From Gammaproteobacteria bacterium (GTDB lineage Bacteria > Pseudomonadota > Gammaproteobacteria > Eutrophobiales > Eutrophobiaceae): a stretch of 64,000 nucleotides of DNA. Both the position numbers and the translations under genes were made by a program. Of the stretch, positions 9,313 through 22,698 are shown piece by piece (position 1 is the first letter of the stretch; every line of letters begins with the position of its first letter). The stretch covers positions 13,431-77,430 of the forward strand of contig JAJDUB010000076.1 of the NCBI GenBank assembly GCA_022826885.1. The letters run 5' to 3'. The notes under the pieces were generated by a model, which ran no database searches, was not told the origin of the DNA, and saw only the letters and a list, made by a program, of their open reading frames with translations.

Positions 9313-10842
9313 ATGTCGAATTCCTTAATACGCGGCAAGTACGTTATATGTGAAGTCGATGCGCATGATGGTGTAAAGATAATCCCTGATGGCGCCGTTT
9401 ACCAGCAAGGGGGAGTAATAGTCGATATCGGCGAATTTCAGGAATTATCACAAAATTATCCGGGAGCGGAAATTCTGGGTGAAAAGGAAGATGTTGTGAT
9501 GCCGGGATTCATCAATGCCCACCATCACATCGGGCTGACATCATTCCAACGCGGCGTCAGTAACGCGCCGTTGGAAATATGGTCTGCCAATATGCTGGGC
9601 ACCTTCGGAGTCGACCAATACCTGGACACCCTTTACTCCGCTTTTGAAATGATCGAGTCTGGTATTACCACCGTCCAGCATATTCATGGCTGGATGCCCG
9701 GTTCACTTACCCGGTTGCATGATGCCGCTGTGGAGGTGCTTCGTGCGTATCGGGACGTCGGTATGCGGGTATCATATTCACACTGCGTGCGTGATCAAAA
9801 TTATATCGTTTATGAAGCGGACCAATCATTTTTAAGTTTTTTACCCGAAGATCTCGCATCCCGACTCGCAGTCGAGTTGGAAACCCATTCATCTATTCCG
9901 ACACAAGATTACTTTACTTTGTTCGAAGAACTGTACGACAAGTACCATAGTAATGACCTCAGCCGTATTCAGCTTGCTCCGGCTAACCTCCACTGGTGTT
10001 CAGACCGCGCACTGGAACAACTGCAAATCTATTCTGAAAGATATCAGGTGCCCCTGCATATGCACCTGCTGGAAACACGGTACCAGAAAGAATATGCCAA
10101 TCGCAGGGGAAAATGCTCGGCAGTTCAGTACCTGCATGATCGAGAGTTACTGGGTTCCAGAATGACACTGGGCCATGGTACCTGGGTAACCAGGGAAGAT
10201 ATTGAGATGATCGCGGCCACGGGCACACATATTTGTCATAACTGCAGCTCAAATCTTTGCCTGGGCAACGGTATCATGCCGCTCAACCACTATCGTAAAC
10301 ATGGCGTAAATGTTGCCATAGGTATAGACGGGGCGGGTATTAACGATGACCGGGATATGTTACAGGAAATGCGACTTGTTCAGACAATTCATCGAGTTCC
10401 AAGCGTCAATCCTGATGATGCGCCAAACTCAAAAGAGATATTTAAAATGGCAACGGAAAATGGGGCATACACAACGCCATACGGGGAGCAGATCGGGACA
10501 ATCAGAGAAGGAAACCAAGCTGATCTGATTATACTGGATTGGCAGCAACTGGCTTTTCCCTATCTTGATCGGGATGTCCCGCTGATTGATGCGATAGTTC
10601 ACCGTGGACGTAGCCAACATGTAAAAACCGTTATTGTTGGAGGTCAACCCATATACAGGGATTGGCAGTATGTTCATCTGAATAAGGAGGATGTCCTCAG
10701 GGCTTATTCTGACAGCCTCAAAGAAGTATTGACTGACGAGGATATTCAACGCAGGGAACTGCTCAAACAGGTTGTTCCTTATGTACGAGAGTATTTTGAA
10801 AAATACTCGGATGCACCGATAGTTGATTGGATGCTAAATTAA
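9313..10842 (+). CDS. amidohydrolase family protein (cytosine/guanine deaminase or chlorohydrolase-like)
   Basis: 509 aa. The metal-binding HxH (GFINAHHHIG) lies near the N-terminus, as in the amidohydrolase superfamily. Confidence 0.75.
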   Translation: MSNSLIRGKYVICEVDAHDGVKIIPDGAVYQQGGVIVDIGEFQELSQNYPGAEILGEKEDVVMPGFINAHHHIGLTSFQRGVSNAPLEIWSANMLGTFGVDQYLDTLYSAFEMIESGITTVQHIHGWMPGSLTRLHDAAVEVLRAYRDVGMRVSYSHCVRDQNYIVYEADQSFLSFLPEDLASRLAVELETHSSIPTQDYFTLFEELYDKYHSNDLSRIQLAPANLHWCSDRALEQLQIYSERYQVPLHMHLLETRYQKEYANRRGKCSAVQYLHDRELLGSRMTLGHGTWVTREDIEMIAATGTHICHNCSSNLCLGNGIMPLNHYRKHGVNVAIGIDGAGINDDRDMLQEMRLVQTIHRVPSVNPDDAPNSKEIFKMATENGAYTTPYGEQIGTIREGNQADLIILDWQQLAFPYLDRDVPLIDAIVHRGRSQHVKTVIVGGQPIYRDWQYVHLNKEDVLRAYSDSLKEVLTDEDIQRRELLKQVVPYVREYFEKYSDAPIVDWMLN

Positions 10843-10889
10843 GGAAGCAACTTGATTCGCAGGATTTTTTCTGAAAAATTATGGAGTAA

Positions 10890-11819
10890 TCAGAATGGGG
10901 GAAGGTAGATCTCCATATCCTCATTTACAGGGTAAATCCTCAGGGGAAACCGGCTCACCGGCGCGAGGGATTTGTCATCAATGGCCTGCAATGCATTCAA
11001 CAGGTCCGTTAACGCCGAATGCGGAAGAGTGGGTGAAGGATGTTCGGGGATGGCATGCGCGCCATACAAGGTTTCATCACCGGTAGTCCGGGTTAACAAA
11101 TACCGGATACTTGCCATGTATTTTTCCAGATTCGAAGTCGGCGCAAAGGCCACGAGCCAGCCGGGATAGATAAAATCACCAGTAAACAACTGGTTGCGCC
11201 CAGCATCCAGCAGGGCTACCGAACCTTGTTCATGACCGGGAATGTGAAATGCCGTCAGCGTTCGATTACCCAGTTCTATTGTCGTTTCCGGTTGCAACCA
11301 TTCGGTAACGGGGAAAGGAGACATCCGTCTGAATGTAAAAGCCCGGGAAAACCTGGATACAAATAAATCATTTTTGACTTCGCTGCGAAGAGAAGGAACA
11401 TCAAGCACCGCGACCTGCTCAAACCGGTGGTTGTTGCCGATATGGTCGTAATGGGGATGCGAAGAAATGACCGTAACAGGTAATTGTGTAAGAGACCGGA
11501 TAACCGGTTTTATATTCCTTACCCCGGGTCCCGTATCAAACAGGATTGCGCGCTCCTCACCCAGCAACAAATAGTTGTAGTTCAATTGCCAGTAGCGCGG
11601 TTCGCCGATTGAGAACGTGACATCATCGATCCGGGTAACGGTGTACCAGTCATCGAACCAGGTTTCGCCCAGGCTCAGGACGGCATCATCCTTATCCATA
11701 TCGGCAGTGATCAGTCCGGCAGCGACTAATAGCACTACTGCAATAAGCAAGAATGCGGCACACAGCAGACCGATGAGTTTTTTTTGGAAATTCGAAGCTG
11801 TTTCTCGAAGGTTAGACAT
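10890..11819 (-). CDS. MBL-fold metallo-hydrolase with N-terminal membrane anchor
   Basis: 309 aa. One N-terminal TM helix (LIGLLCAAFLLIAVVLLVAAGLI). HPHYDHIGN is the HxHxDH motif. Confidence 0.75.
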   Translation of the reverse strand: MSNLRETASNFQKKLIGLLCAAFLLIAVVLLVAAGLITADMDKDDAVLSLGETWFDDWYTVTRIDDVTFSIGEPRYWQLNYNYLLLGEERAILFDTGPGVRNIKPVIRSLTQLPVTVISSHPHYDHIGNNHRFEQVAVLDVPSLRSEVKNDLFVSRFSRAFTFRRMSPFPVTEWLQPETTIELGNRTLTAFHIPGHEQGSVALLDAGRNQLFTGDFIYPGWLVAFAPTSNLEKYMASIRYLLTRTTGDETLYGAHAIPEHPSPTLPHSALTDLLNALQAIDDKSLAPVSRFPLRIYPVNEDMEIYLPPF

Positions 11820-12025
11820 AATCTGCTACATTCAATCTCTAACTTACTACGCTACATAGAGTAATATACATATTATCCGTCTTCAAAGTAATCCAGACTT
11901 GAAGCGTCAGACATGACCCCGGAATTCCAAAACAGGACTGTTTCGGACAAACTACCGTTAAAATTGACAAAAGCGCCTCTATAGCCTATGCTATGGCCTA
12001 TGCCACGACAATGAAGGAGGTGTAA

Positions 12026-12265
12026 ATGTTACCTGAACGCTATGTGAGTTTGTTCCGTAACGGCCGTAACCAGGCCTTGCGAATCCCCCGGGAGTTTGAG
12101 TTGCCCGCCGGGAAAGCTATTGTCCGCAAGGATGGTGACAAACTCATCATCGAGCCTGTCAGGACTGCCGGATTACTTGCCGTGCTGGCCACTCTTGGGG
12201 ATATTGAGGCTACCTTTCCGGATATGGATGAAGCATTGCTGCCTCCCGACAACGTGGAATTTTAA
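12026..12265 (+). CDS. vapB: type II antitoxin VapB (AbrB/MazE-fold)
   Basis: 79 aa. It sits immediately upstream of a PIN-domain gene with a 2-nt spacer. The small swapped-hairpin-like N-terminus (RNGRNQALRIPREF) fits the fold. Confidence 0.75.
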   Translation: MLPERYVSLFRNGRNQALRIPREFELPAGKAIVRKDGDKLIIEPVRTAGLLAVLATLGDIEATFPDMDEALLPPDNVEF

Positions 12266-12267
12266 TC

Positions 12268-12672
12268 TTGAAGCCGGCCTATCTCCTGGATACCAATGTG
12301 CTGTCGGATTTGGTACGCCGCCCGCATGGCGTCATCACAAGCAGAATTTCGCTTGAGGGCGAAGACAACGTCTGTACCAGTATCATTGTGGCGTCCGAAT
12401 TACGTTTCGGCGCCCGCAAGCGTGGTTCCAAACAGTTGACCCGGCAGCTTGACCTGGTCCTTTCGGCAATACAAGTCATGCCGTTCGAGGCGCCTGCCGA
12501 CCGCCTTTACGGAAAGATTCGAGTTGATCTTGAAAAACGGGGCACTCCCATAGGCCCGAATGATATGTTTATCGCAGCACAAGCCCTTGCGCTGGACTGC
12601 ACCCTGGTCACGAGAAATGTACGGGAATTTTCCCGTGTGCCAGGATTGAAAGTCGATGACTGGTCAGGATGA
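12268..12672 (+). CDS. vapC: type II toxin VapC (PIN-domain ribonuclease)
   Basis: 134 aa. YLLDTNVLSD carries the first PIN acidic residue, with a later D in LVTRN and EFSRVPGL. It uses a TTG start 2 nt after the vapB stop. Confidence 0.8.
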   Translation: MKPAYLLDTNVLSDLVRRPHGVITSRISLEGEDNVCTSIIVASELRFGARKRGSKQLTRQLDLVLSAIQVMPFEAPADRLYGKIRVDLEKRGTPIGPNDMFIAAQALALDCTLVTRNVREFSRVPGLKVDDWSG

Positions 12673-12816
12673 CAACCCGACTTTCTGGGCTCCATCCTCT
12701 CAAGAAATGGAGTCTCCGGCAAATCCGGGGCTGTTCATCCTCGTAAAACTAAAGATGGTTGGCCATGTTCAGGAAGAGTCGGAAATTACGAGAATACAAT
12801 TTACTAACGAATTCAT

Positions 12817-14010
12817 ATGAAAATAAATATTAGAGACAGAAGATATTTAAACCCAATTTTGGTTTGCGTCCTGCTTTTCATATTTTCATTAGGCAGCGCT
12901 GTGGTACATCCACACGGCGAAAATGGGATGGTAACGTCCCTGGGGAAGGAAAAAGCTGTTTTCTATAAAAATTATTATTTTCCGAATACAGAAAAGCTGG
13001 CAGCAGATGAAATGCGGGTTATTGCATTGGGAACGGGTAATCCTGATCTCCGCAAAGCACAAGTTGCTCCTTCCTGGTTTGTTGAGCTCGGAAACGGAGA
13101 TAAGTTTTTCTTTGACGTGGGTATTGGCTCACAGGTTAATTTTCCCATGTTGCAAATATCATTTCGCGAAGCAGATAAAGTATTTTTGACACATTTACAT
13201 GTTGATCATGTGGGTGATTTGGATGCTTTATGGTTGTCTGGCTGGGTTTCAAATCGCTACGACAGACCACTAAGGGTATGGGGACCCAGTGGCGCCAAAG
13301 AGAAGTATGGGACCAGGTATTTTATTAATAAGCAAAAGGAAGCATGGGCTTGGGATGTCGATAGTCGTCATGGCAAACTTCCGGCTGCAGGTGCCGGAAT
13401 AGAAGTTAACGAATTCGATTTTTCCAAAACACAAGTCGTCTATAACGAAAACGGTGTCAAGATTACATCGATCCCCGCACTGCATGTTATGGATGGTCCG
13501 GTTAGTTATCGATTGGACTGGAACGGATTGAGCTTCGCCTATTCGGGTGATACAACACCAACCCGTTTTTTTGTTGATGCAACCCAGGGCGTTGATCTGC
13601 TGATACATGAGGCTTTTCCTACAGCCAGTCAAATGGAAGAACGTATCGGATGGGACAGGGAAACCGCCAAGGTTGTCGGTGAATTTGTACATACCGCACC
13701 GAGTGATGCAGGTAAGGTTTTTGAAATGACAAAACCACGTCATGCTGTGGGTTATCATTTCTGGAATGACTTTGATTTAATTCATGAAGTTTATGATGAA
13801 ATAAGAAAGTACTACAAAGGGCCGCTATCACTAGCAGCGGATGGCATGGTATTCAACATTACCAAAGAGAAGATCATCGTCAGGTCATTGGTTGGACCAA
13901 CAAATACGTATGAAGAAGTTGTTGATCCTGAAGCTTTTGGTAATGCAAAACGCGGCAAGAATATTCCCCCGTCTGACTGGTTGCTCAAGGGAAGACTGTT
14001 TGCAGATTAA
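12817..14010 (+). CDS. MBL-fold metallo-hydrolase (secreted), in a low-GC segment
   Basis: 397 aa. Signal peptide (ILVCVLLFIFSLGSA). HLHVDHVGD is the HxHxDH motif. The gene is noticeably AT-rich compared with its neighbours. Confidence 0.75.
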   Translation: MKINIRDRRYLNPILVCVLLFIFSLGSAVVHPHGENGMVTSLGKEKAVFYKNYYFPNTEKLAADEMRVIALGTGNPDLRKAQVAPSWFVELGNGDKFFFDVGIGSQVNFPMLQISFREADKVFLTHLHVDHVGDLDALWLSGWVSNRYDRPLRVWGPSGAKEKYGTRYFINKQKEAWAWDVDSRHGKLPAAGAGIEVNEFDFSKTQVVYNENGVKITSIPALHVMDGPVSYRLDWNGLSFAYSGDTTPTRFFVDATQGVDLLIHEAFPTASQMEERIGWDRETAKVVGEFVHTAPSDAGKVFEMTKPRHAVGYHFWNDFDLIHEVYDEIRKYYKGPLSLAADGMVFNITKEKIIVRSLVGPTNTYEEVVDPEAFGNAKRGKNIPPSDWLLKGRLFAD

Positions 14011-14080
14011 CTAATTATTACATTCCCTAAATTGGTCCGCACCTATCGGTCTAAGTTAGAGATACAACAATAGGAAACGG

Positions 14081-14153
<73 letters not shown>

Positions 14154-14261
14154 AGTGAAGGCGTATTGTCTGCTATCCCCGGGATAACTTCAATATCTTT
14201 ACGGGACTTTCAAATTCCAGGCTGATACCGTATATATTCAATACCTTAGCATAAGGTGCCG

Positions 14262-14696
14262 CTACTGAGTCTCACCGCCCCGTACCACTCCCCTGCCCTC
14301 TATCTCCTTGACGAATTCACAAAAATCGGCTGTCGATTTATTGCAGATGGCAAATACGATTTCCCAGTTGATGGCTTCATAATTGTGAACCGCTATATTT
14401 CTGAAACCGACAGCTTTTTTCATTGTTTCACAGGTGGGCGTGGTAATAACGCCGAGCTTGTTGAGGGTAGTAAAGACATCTCCCATGGTAACAGGAGCGG
14501 CTTCCCCGGAAGTGCCGATTATGTGACTGCCGATATCAACACAGAGTTGAACCGCTCGGGTCAGATTGAGTACCAGAATGTCCTGCAGATCCGGTTCCGT
14601 TATTAAACTTCCGATTTCGGGAGGAGTTTTTTCCTGTATTCTTTGAATGCACCTGCGCAGGGACTCCAGCTTTTCCGCAACGACTACCCGGTCCAT
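14262..14696 (-). CDS. hepT: HepT-like toxin (DUF86, nucleotidyltransferase substrate-binding/RNase)
   Basis: 144 aa. FRNIAVHNY matches the R(X4)HXY motif that defines HepT/DUF86. It overlaps the MNT gene by 13 nt. Confidence 0.75.
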   Translation of the reverse strand: MDRVVVAEKLESLRRCIQRIQEKTPPEIGSLITEPDLQDILVLNLTRAVQLCVDIGSHIIGTSGEAAPVTMGDVFTTLNKLGVITTPTCETMKKAVGFRNIAVHNYEAINWEIVFAICNKSTADFCEFVKEIEGRGVVRGGETQ

Positions 14697-15070
14697 GCGG
14701 TTCGCCTCTCAGCCAGTATTCTCTCCCGAAGGGGAAGAAAATCGGCCGTATTGACCAGGTGTTTCGTCAACAGTTCGGCATAAACAGTATCATCGCCCAG
14801 CAATCTTTTCCCCTTGAATACCTGCCCCGTAACGGGCTCGGGTGCGTGAAATAAATCAACGATATCCACCGGACGGCCGAATTCCGCGCCAATCGCTTCA
14901 ATCATTCCGAGTTTGTCGCTGCCGGACAACGGCTTATCAAACAGCAGTCCCAGGTCGATATCACTGCCGGGAGCGGCCTGCCCCGTTGCCTGGGAACCAA
15001 ACAGCATGGCCAGTTTAAGATTTGGGTAGCGGGTGAGAAATCGGGTTAATTGTTCATCGATAGCAGCCAT
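14684..15070 (-). CDS. mnt: MNT nucleotidyltransferase antitoxin (partner of HepT)
   Basis: 128 aa. LFGSQATGQAAPGSDIDLGL matches the GSx(9-10)DxD minimal nucleotidyltransferase motif. Confidence 0.75.
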   Translation of the reverse strand: MAAIDEQLTRFLTRYPNLKLAMLFGSQATGQAAPGSDIDLGLLFDKPLSGSDKLGMIEAIGAEFGRPVDIVDLFHAPEPVTGQVFKGKRLLGDDTVYAELLTKHLVNTADFLPLRERILAERRTAWTG

Positions 15071-15141
15071 TGCGGCATTATAACCTTTTCACCGGATTCC
15101 CGCATTTGCGGGAAAGACTGGTACGCACCTGCAATTTCAGA

Positions 15142-15176
15142 GGTCAGAGTAAGAGTCGCCAGACATTACTCTGACC
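15142..15176. repeat. REP-like palindromic element, family GGTCAGAGTAA...TTACTCTGACC (copy 1)
   Basis: ggtcagagtaagagtcgccagacattactctgacc is a perfect 13-bp inverted repeat. It lies just downstream of the stop of the 15185-16219 minus-strand gene and could act as a terminator. Related copies sit at 18874 and 37287. Confidence 0.8.
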
Positions 15177-15184
15177 CCATAATC

Positions 15185-16219
15185 TCATACCTGCGCGTAG
15201 TAACAAGTCCCGTTACGCATTTGCTTCGCCAGTTTCCCCCGGTTGTGCAGGTACTCGAGGTGCGCCAGGGTCTCGCCGAAGGCCATGATACGGTTGAATT
15301 CGTCCAGTGGACGGGAGAATAGCTTCGGGGACAGGTCCCAGGCGCAGCCGGGGGTCTCGCACAGGGCATGGACCTTCTCCAACTGCTTGTCATGGCTATG
15401 GTTTATCGCTGCGATGCGTTTGTATAACCCGGTGAACACCTTGCCGTGAGAAGGCAATACCAGCGTATCCTCCGGCAACTGCTCGAACCGGCCCATGGAC
15501 GCCAGGTATTCATCCAGGGCGTCCCTGTCCTCATTGTTAATGTGCAGGCCGACATTACTCGTGATGGTGGGCAGCACCTGGTCGCCGGAGATCAGCAGTT
15601 TCAACGCCGGACTGAACAGCGCCAGGTGGTCTTCCGCATGGCCGCACACCACCAGGGGTTGCCATTCACGCTCTCCGATTGAGATGGGCCGGTGGTGATC
15701 GAGAAAAGTGACGGTACCCGGCAGCCTGCTCACCGCGGTCCGGTAGCGTTGCCCGGTTATGAACGACAGGTACTGCTCCTCCGGCCCGATACCGTGCAGC
15801 CTGCAGAAGGCCAGGACAGTCTCCCGCCAGTCATCGTTCTCGCTGTCGAGCAGGAAACGGGTCCTCTCCGCAGTCATCCGGGTCATGGCCAGCTCCGCGC
15901 CGAATTTCCCGCCCAGGTAGCCGGCCAGGCCGACGTGGTCCGGGTGAAAATGGGTGACGATGATCCTGCCCACGGGTTTGTCCCGCACCAGCTCGGACGC
16001 TATCCTCTTCCATGCCTGCCGGGCTTCCAGCCAGGCGAGGCCGGTATCGACCAGGACCCAGCTCTCGCCGGCGTCCAGCAGCCACAGGTTGATGTGATCC
16101 AGCCTGCCCGGCAACGGGATGCGCAGCCAGAAGATACCCGGACGGATTTCCAGGAAGCCTCCCGGCTCCGGTACGGTCTTGCCGAAGGGATAGTGAAGTG
16201 AAAAATCGGTTTCGCTCAT
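15185..16219 (-). CDS. MBL-fold metallo-hydrolase
   Basis: 344 aa. IIVTHFHPDHVGL is the HxHxDH motif. Its start overlaps the upstream gene's stop by 1 nt (TGATG). Confidence 0.75.
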   Translation of the reverse strand: MSETDFSLHYPFGKTVPEPGGFLEIRPGIFWLRIPLPGRLDHINLWLLDAGESWVLVDTGLAWLEARQAWKRIASELVRDKPVGRIIVTHFHPDHVGLAGYLGGKFGAELAMTRMTAERTRFLLDSENDDWRETVLAFCRLHGIGPEEQYLSFITGQRYRTAVSRLPGTVTFLDHHRPISIGEREWQPLVVCGHAEDHLALFSPALKLLISGDQVLPTITSNVGLHINNEDRDALDEYLASMGRFEQLPEDTLVLPSHGKVFTGLYKRIAAINHSHDKQLEKVHALCETPGCAWDLSPKLFSRPLDEFNRIMAFGETLAHLEYLHNRGKLAKQMRNGTCYYAQV

Positions 16220-16974
16220 CAGAACTCTATCTCAATCTGCCAGTGCGGGGTGTGTGCGGCGCTGCCCCCGGTCAGACCGACCAGCCAGATCAGGTTTACT
16301 TCCACGGTAACGTTGCCGACCTTCACATCACGATAATATGCAGGCCCCAGGCGGTGGTCCTGTTCGGACAACGCCGGCAGGTACTTGACTTCACCCGGCG
16401 CGCCGAACGCCTCGAAGCCGATGGCGGTATCATCATCAAGGCTGTATTTCGTGCGCCAGATATATTCCAGCTCAGTGCTCTCGTCCGCGGCGCTGCCGAA
16501 CTGCTGCTCGAAGTTCACATTCAGGATATGCTCGAAAGCGCCGGAAGCCCGGCGGAACAGGAAGCGCGCCTCCAGGTTATGGGGTTCATCGCCCTCATCG
16601 TTGGCCTCGATTTCCATGTGAAAACCGAAGTCCAGCCAGTACCTGCCTTCCTCGGTCAACTGGAAGGTGTTCTCCCAGCCCAGGATATCGTACTTGACCC
16701 CTTCCCCGGCGGGCTCGATTACGCTGGCCGTAATGGAAGTAGCCCAGAAATCCTTCACCCCGTATTCAAGCTCGAACTCCTGGTGCTTGAAACCGTGGTA
16801 TTCGTCGTCATCATCGATAACCACGTTGCCGATGATCTCGAATTGCAGGTCCCCCTTCTCCACGATGGGTGAATAGACCTTCATGTCCGTCAGGTCGGCC
16901 CGGACATCGCCGGGCAGGACGACGGCAATCACGGCGGGCAAAAGCAGGAAATTCCTTACAGCGGTAAACGTCAT
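16219..16974 (-). CDS. predicted outer-membrane beta-barrel protein of unknown function
   Basis: Start chosen at M40 of the track ORF (ATG at 16974-16972), which gives a signal peptide MTFTAVRNFLLLPAVIAVVLPGDVRA. The body shows an alternating hydrophobic pattern and a C-terminal ...WQIEIEF, an OMP-type aromatic terminus. No family assignment is possible from sequence alone. Confidence 0.45.
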   Translation of the reverse strand: MTFTAVRNFLLLPAVIAVVLPGDVRADLTDMKVYSPIVEKGDLQFEIIGNVVIDDDDEYHGFKHQEFELEYGVKDFWATSITASVIEPAGEGVKYDILGWENTFQLTEEGRYWLDFGFHMEIEANDEGDEPHNLEARFLFRRASGAFEHILNVNFEQQFGSAADESTELEYIWRTKYSLDDDTAIGFEAFGAPGEVKYLPALSEQDHRLGPAYYRDVKVGNVTVEVNLIWLVGLTGGSAAHTPHWQIEIEF

Positions 16975-17048
16975 GTTATATCCGGGTGAAAAGACCACGC
17001 ATGATAACGGGAATTTTTCCCGAAAGACAGAAAAAAGACTGAGTCCGA

Positions 17049-17882
17049 CTACCCGAACCTTGTCGAAAACCTGAACACCCGTTCTTCGCACACGTCAATG
17101 CAGCGGGCACAGTTGGTGCAGTCGCCGTGCAGTATCACGCTGGCGTCGTTGTCATGTGCCGGTTTCAGGGCCGGCATGATCACGTGGGGTTCCGGGCATA
17201 CACGGAAACAGTCGCCGCAGTCGGTGCAGGCCGTGCGTTCGGCGGCATTCATCCGCACCAGCGAGCGCTTGCCGATCAGTCCGTAGAACGCGCCCACCGG
17301 GCACAGGTGGCTGCACCAGCCGCGGCGCGTGACCACCAGGTCGAACAGGAACACGGCCAGCACGATGACCCAGGCCAGCCCCATCCCGAATACCAGCCCC
17401 CGTTGCAACATGGTGATTGGATTCACCGCTTCCCAGGCGATGGCGCCGGTGACGGCCGAAACGACCAGCGCAGTGAGCATGATCCAGACCCGCGTCGATT
17501 TTTTTACGGACCAGCTTAAATTAAGCTTCAGCCTGTTCCTCAGCCAGTGCGCAGCATCCGTTACAACGTTGATCGGGCAGACCCAGGAACAGTACACCCG
17601 GCCGCCGACCAGGAAATAAAAAACAAAGATGGTGACGGCGCCGATGACTGCCGGCTGAGCCACGGCATGGCCGGAAGCGAGGGACTGCAGCAGGATGAAC
17701 GGGTCGGTCAGGCTGATTTTATCGAGTACGAGGCTGGAAGCGAGGTTGCCTTTCAGCCACCAGACGCCGAACCAGGGACCGAGCAGGAACAGGAACAAAA
17801 TGGTGAATTGAGTGGTTCGCCGTAACAGCAACCATTTGTTCCTCTGCCACAGGCTTCTTTCTGTCGTATCAATCACCTGCAA
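17049..17882 (-). CDS. NapH/MauN-like membrane-bound polyferredoxin
   Basis: 277 aa with four predicted TM helices. Two Cys clusters, CTDCGDCFRVCP and CTNCARCIDVCE, are 4Fe-4S motifs, plus a CSWVCP / CSHLCP pair. This is the NapH architecture. Confidence 0.7.
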   Translation of the reverse strand: MQVIDTTERSLWQRNKWLLLRRTTQFTILFLFLLGPWFGVWWLKGNLASSLVLDKISLTDPFILLQSLASGHAVAQPAVIGAVTIFVFYFLVGGRVYCSWVCPINVVTDAAHWLRNRLKLNLSWSVKKSTRVWIMLTALVVSAVTGAIAWEAVNPITMLQRGLVFGMGLAWVIVLAVFLFDLVVTRRGWCSHLCPVGAFYGLIGKRSLVRMNAAERTACTDCGDCFRVCPEPHVIMPALKPAHDNDASVILHGDCTNCARCIDVCEERVFRFSTRFG

Positions 17883-17919
17883 TCCTTATGCAGACTATGC
17901 CAGGCTTGACCCATTAATC

Positions 17920-18015
17920 GTCATGCCGGACTTGTTCCGGCATCCAGTGAAATACTGTGTCGCCTGAAAGGCGACTCTTTAGCTTGACTGGATTCCCGCG
18001 TGCGCGGGAATGACG
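17920..18015. repeat. composite three-hairpin dispersed repeat (copy a, inverted orientation)
   Basis: gtcatgccggacttgttccggcatccagtga ... gtgtcgcctgaaaggcgactc ... ctggattcccgcgtgcgcgggaatgacgg. It lies between the napG-like and napH-like genes. Related copies are at 27109, 36228 and 38621. Confidence 0.8.
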
Positions 18016-18024
18016 GAGCAGTGA

Positions 18025-18678
18025 TCATACGACATTGCCGGCGTCGTGTTTGGCAAGGTGCCTGGGCAATACCTTGATGGAAGCCTCTTCCGTTACGCAG
18101 CCCTGCTCACACTTGCCGCACCCGGTGCAGTGCTGCGCGTGCACCGTAGGCTCGAAATATATACGGTTGCCCACCCGCTTCTGCTCCATGGTGATGGCCT
18201 CACCCTGGATCGGACAGGCGACGTAACAAGCCCGGCAGTGGGCGACGCCGGTGACGCTGTAACAGGTGTCCGGGCCGGTCAGCACCGCCACGCCCATGTC
18301 CGCGTCGCGGATATCCGTAAGGTCCTTGCTCAGGGCATCCGTCGGGCAGGCCGCGACGCAGGGAATGTCCTCGCACATTTCACAGGGGATGTCCCGGGCA
18401 ATGAAATACGGCGTCCCCGTGGCAACGTCGGAACCGAATTCAGCCAGTTTCAGGGTATCGTAAGGGCAGTCCCGCACGCACAGGCCGCAGCGCACGCATG
18501 CGCCGGTGAAATCCTCCTCCGCGATCGCTCCCGGCGGGCGAATGGCCCGTGCCGGCGTGGACGCCGACTGCCGCGCATAGGACCCCAGCAGCAGGCCCAG
18601 GATGCTCATGGAACCCACCGTGTGGGCGCACTGTCCGATAAACTGCCGCCGGTTAAGTTTGTTGTGTTTCTCGCTCAT
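18025..18678 (-). CDS. NapG/MauM-like periplasmic ferredoxin (Tat signal)
   Basis: Start chosen at MSEKHNKLNRRQFIGQCAHTVGSMSILGLL, a twin-arginine motif, rather than the 260-aa track ORF start. Multiple CxxCxxCxxxCP clusters are present (CVRCGLCVRDCP, CEMCEDIPCVAACP, CRACYVACP, CTGCGKCEQGC). Confidence 0.7.
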   Translation of the reverse strand: MSEKHNKLNRRQFIGQCAHTVGSMSILGLLLGSYARQSASTPARAIRPPGAIAEEDFTGACVRCGLCVRDCPYDTLKLAEFGSDVATGTPYFIARDIPCEMCEDIPCVAACPTDALSKDLTDIRDADMGVAVLTGPDTCYSVTGVAHCRACYVACPIQGEAITMEQKRVGNRIYFEPTVHAQHCTGCGKCEQGCVTEEASIKVLPRHLAKHDAGNVV

Positions 18679-18873
18679 GTGCATTAACTGCCTGATTGTA
18701 CTATAATCCTGACTGTGCAGTATATCTGCCTTACCTGAGGAGCGTTGCGACGGGCCATGCCTGCCAGGCTCGGGTGAGGCCCGCAAGCACGAATCAACGG
18801 CGCTCACTTATTTTTGAATGACAAGATAAGTGAGGCAGCCCGGTTCCACCACTTCCCTGCCTCTTATAAATGC

Positions 18874-18917
18874 GGGGGTCAGAGTAAAAATCCTGGCGGA
18901 TTTCTTACTCTGACCCC
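18874..18917. repeat. REP-like palindromic element GGGGTCAGAGTAAAAATCC...GGATTTCTTACTCTGACCCC (copy 2)
   Basis: Inverted repeat gggggtcagagtaa / ttactctgacccc with an 18-nt loop. It ends 10 nt before the metH ATG. Confidence 0.8.
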
Positions 18918-18927
18918 GGAAATCATT

Positions 18928-22629
<3,702 letters not shown>

Positions 22630-22698
22630 AATATTTTTTACTTCTCCATGCTGATATAATACGCAATAGAACAAATACCGGAGGGAGACACCCGAACC

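Noticed and set aside
15692-16872. Plus-strand ORFs (15692-16201, 16198-16872) antisense to the MBL and OMP-like genes
   Set aside because: The opposite strand carries the HxHxDH motif and a signal-peptide/beta-barrel pattern. The plus-strand ORFs are Arg/Gly/Pro-rich antisense frames.
18814-18927. Upstream 38-codon extension of the metH track ORF ([15 protein letters not shown]...)
   Set aside because: The extension runs through the REP hairpin (18874-18917) and has no MetH homology. The conserved MetH N-terminus begins at MVNATERQL (18928).
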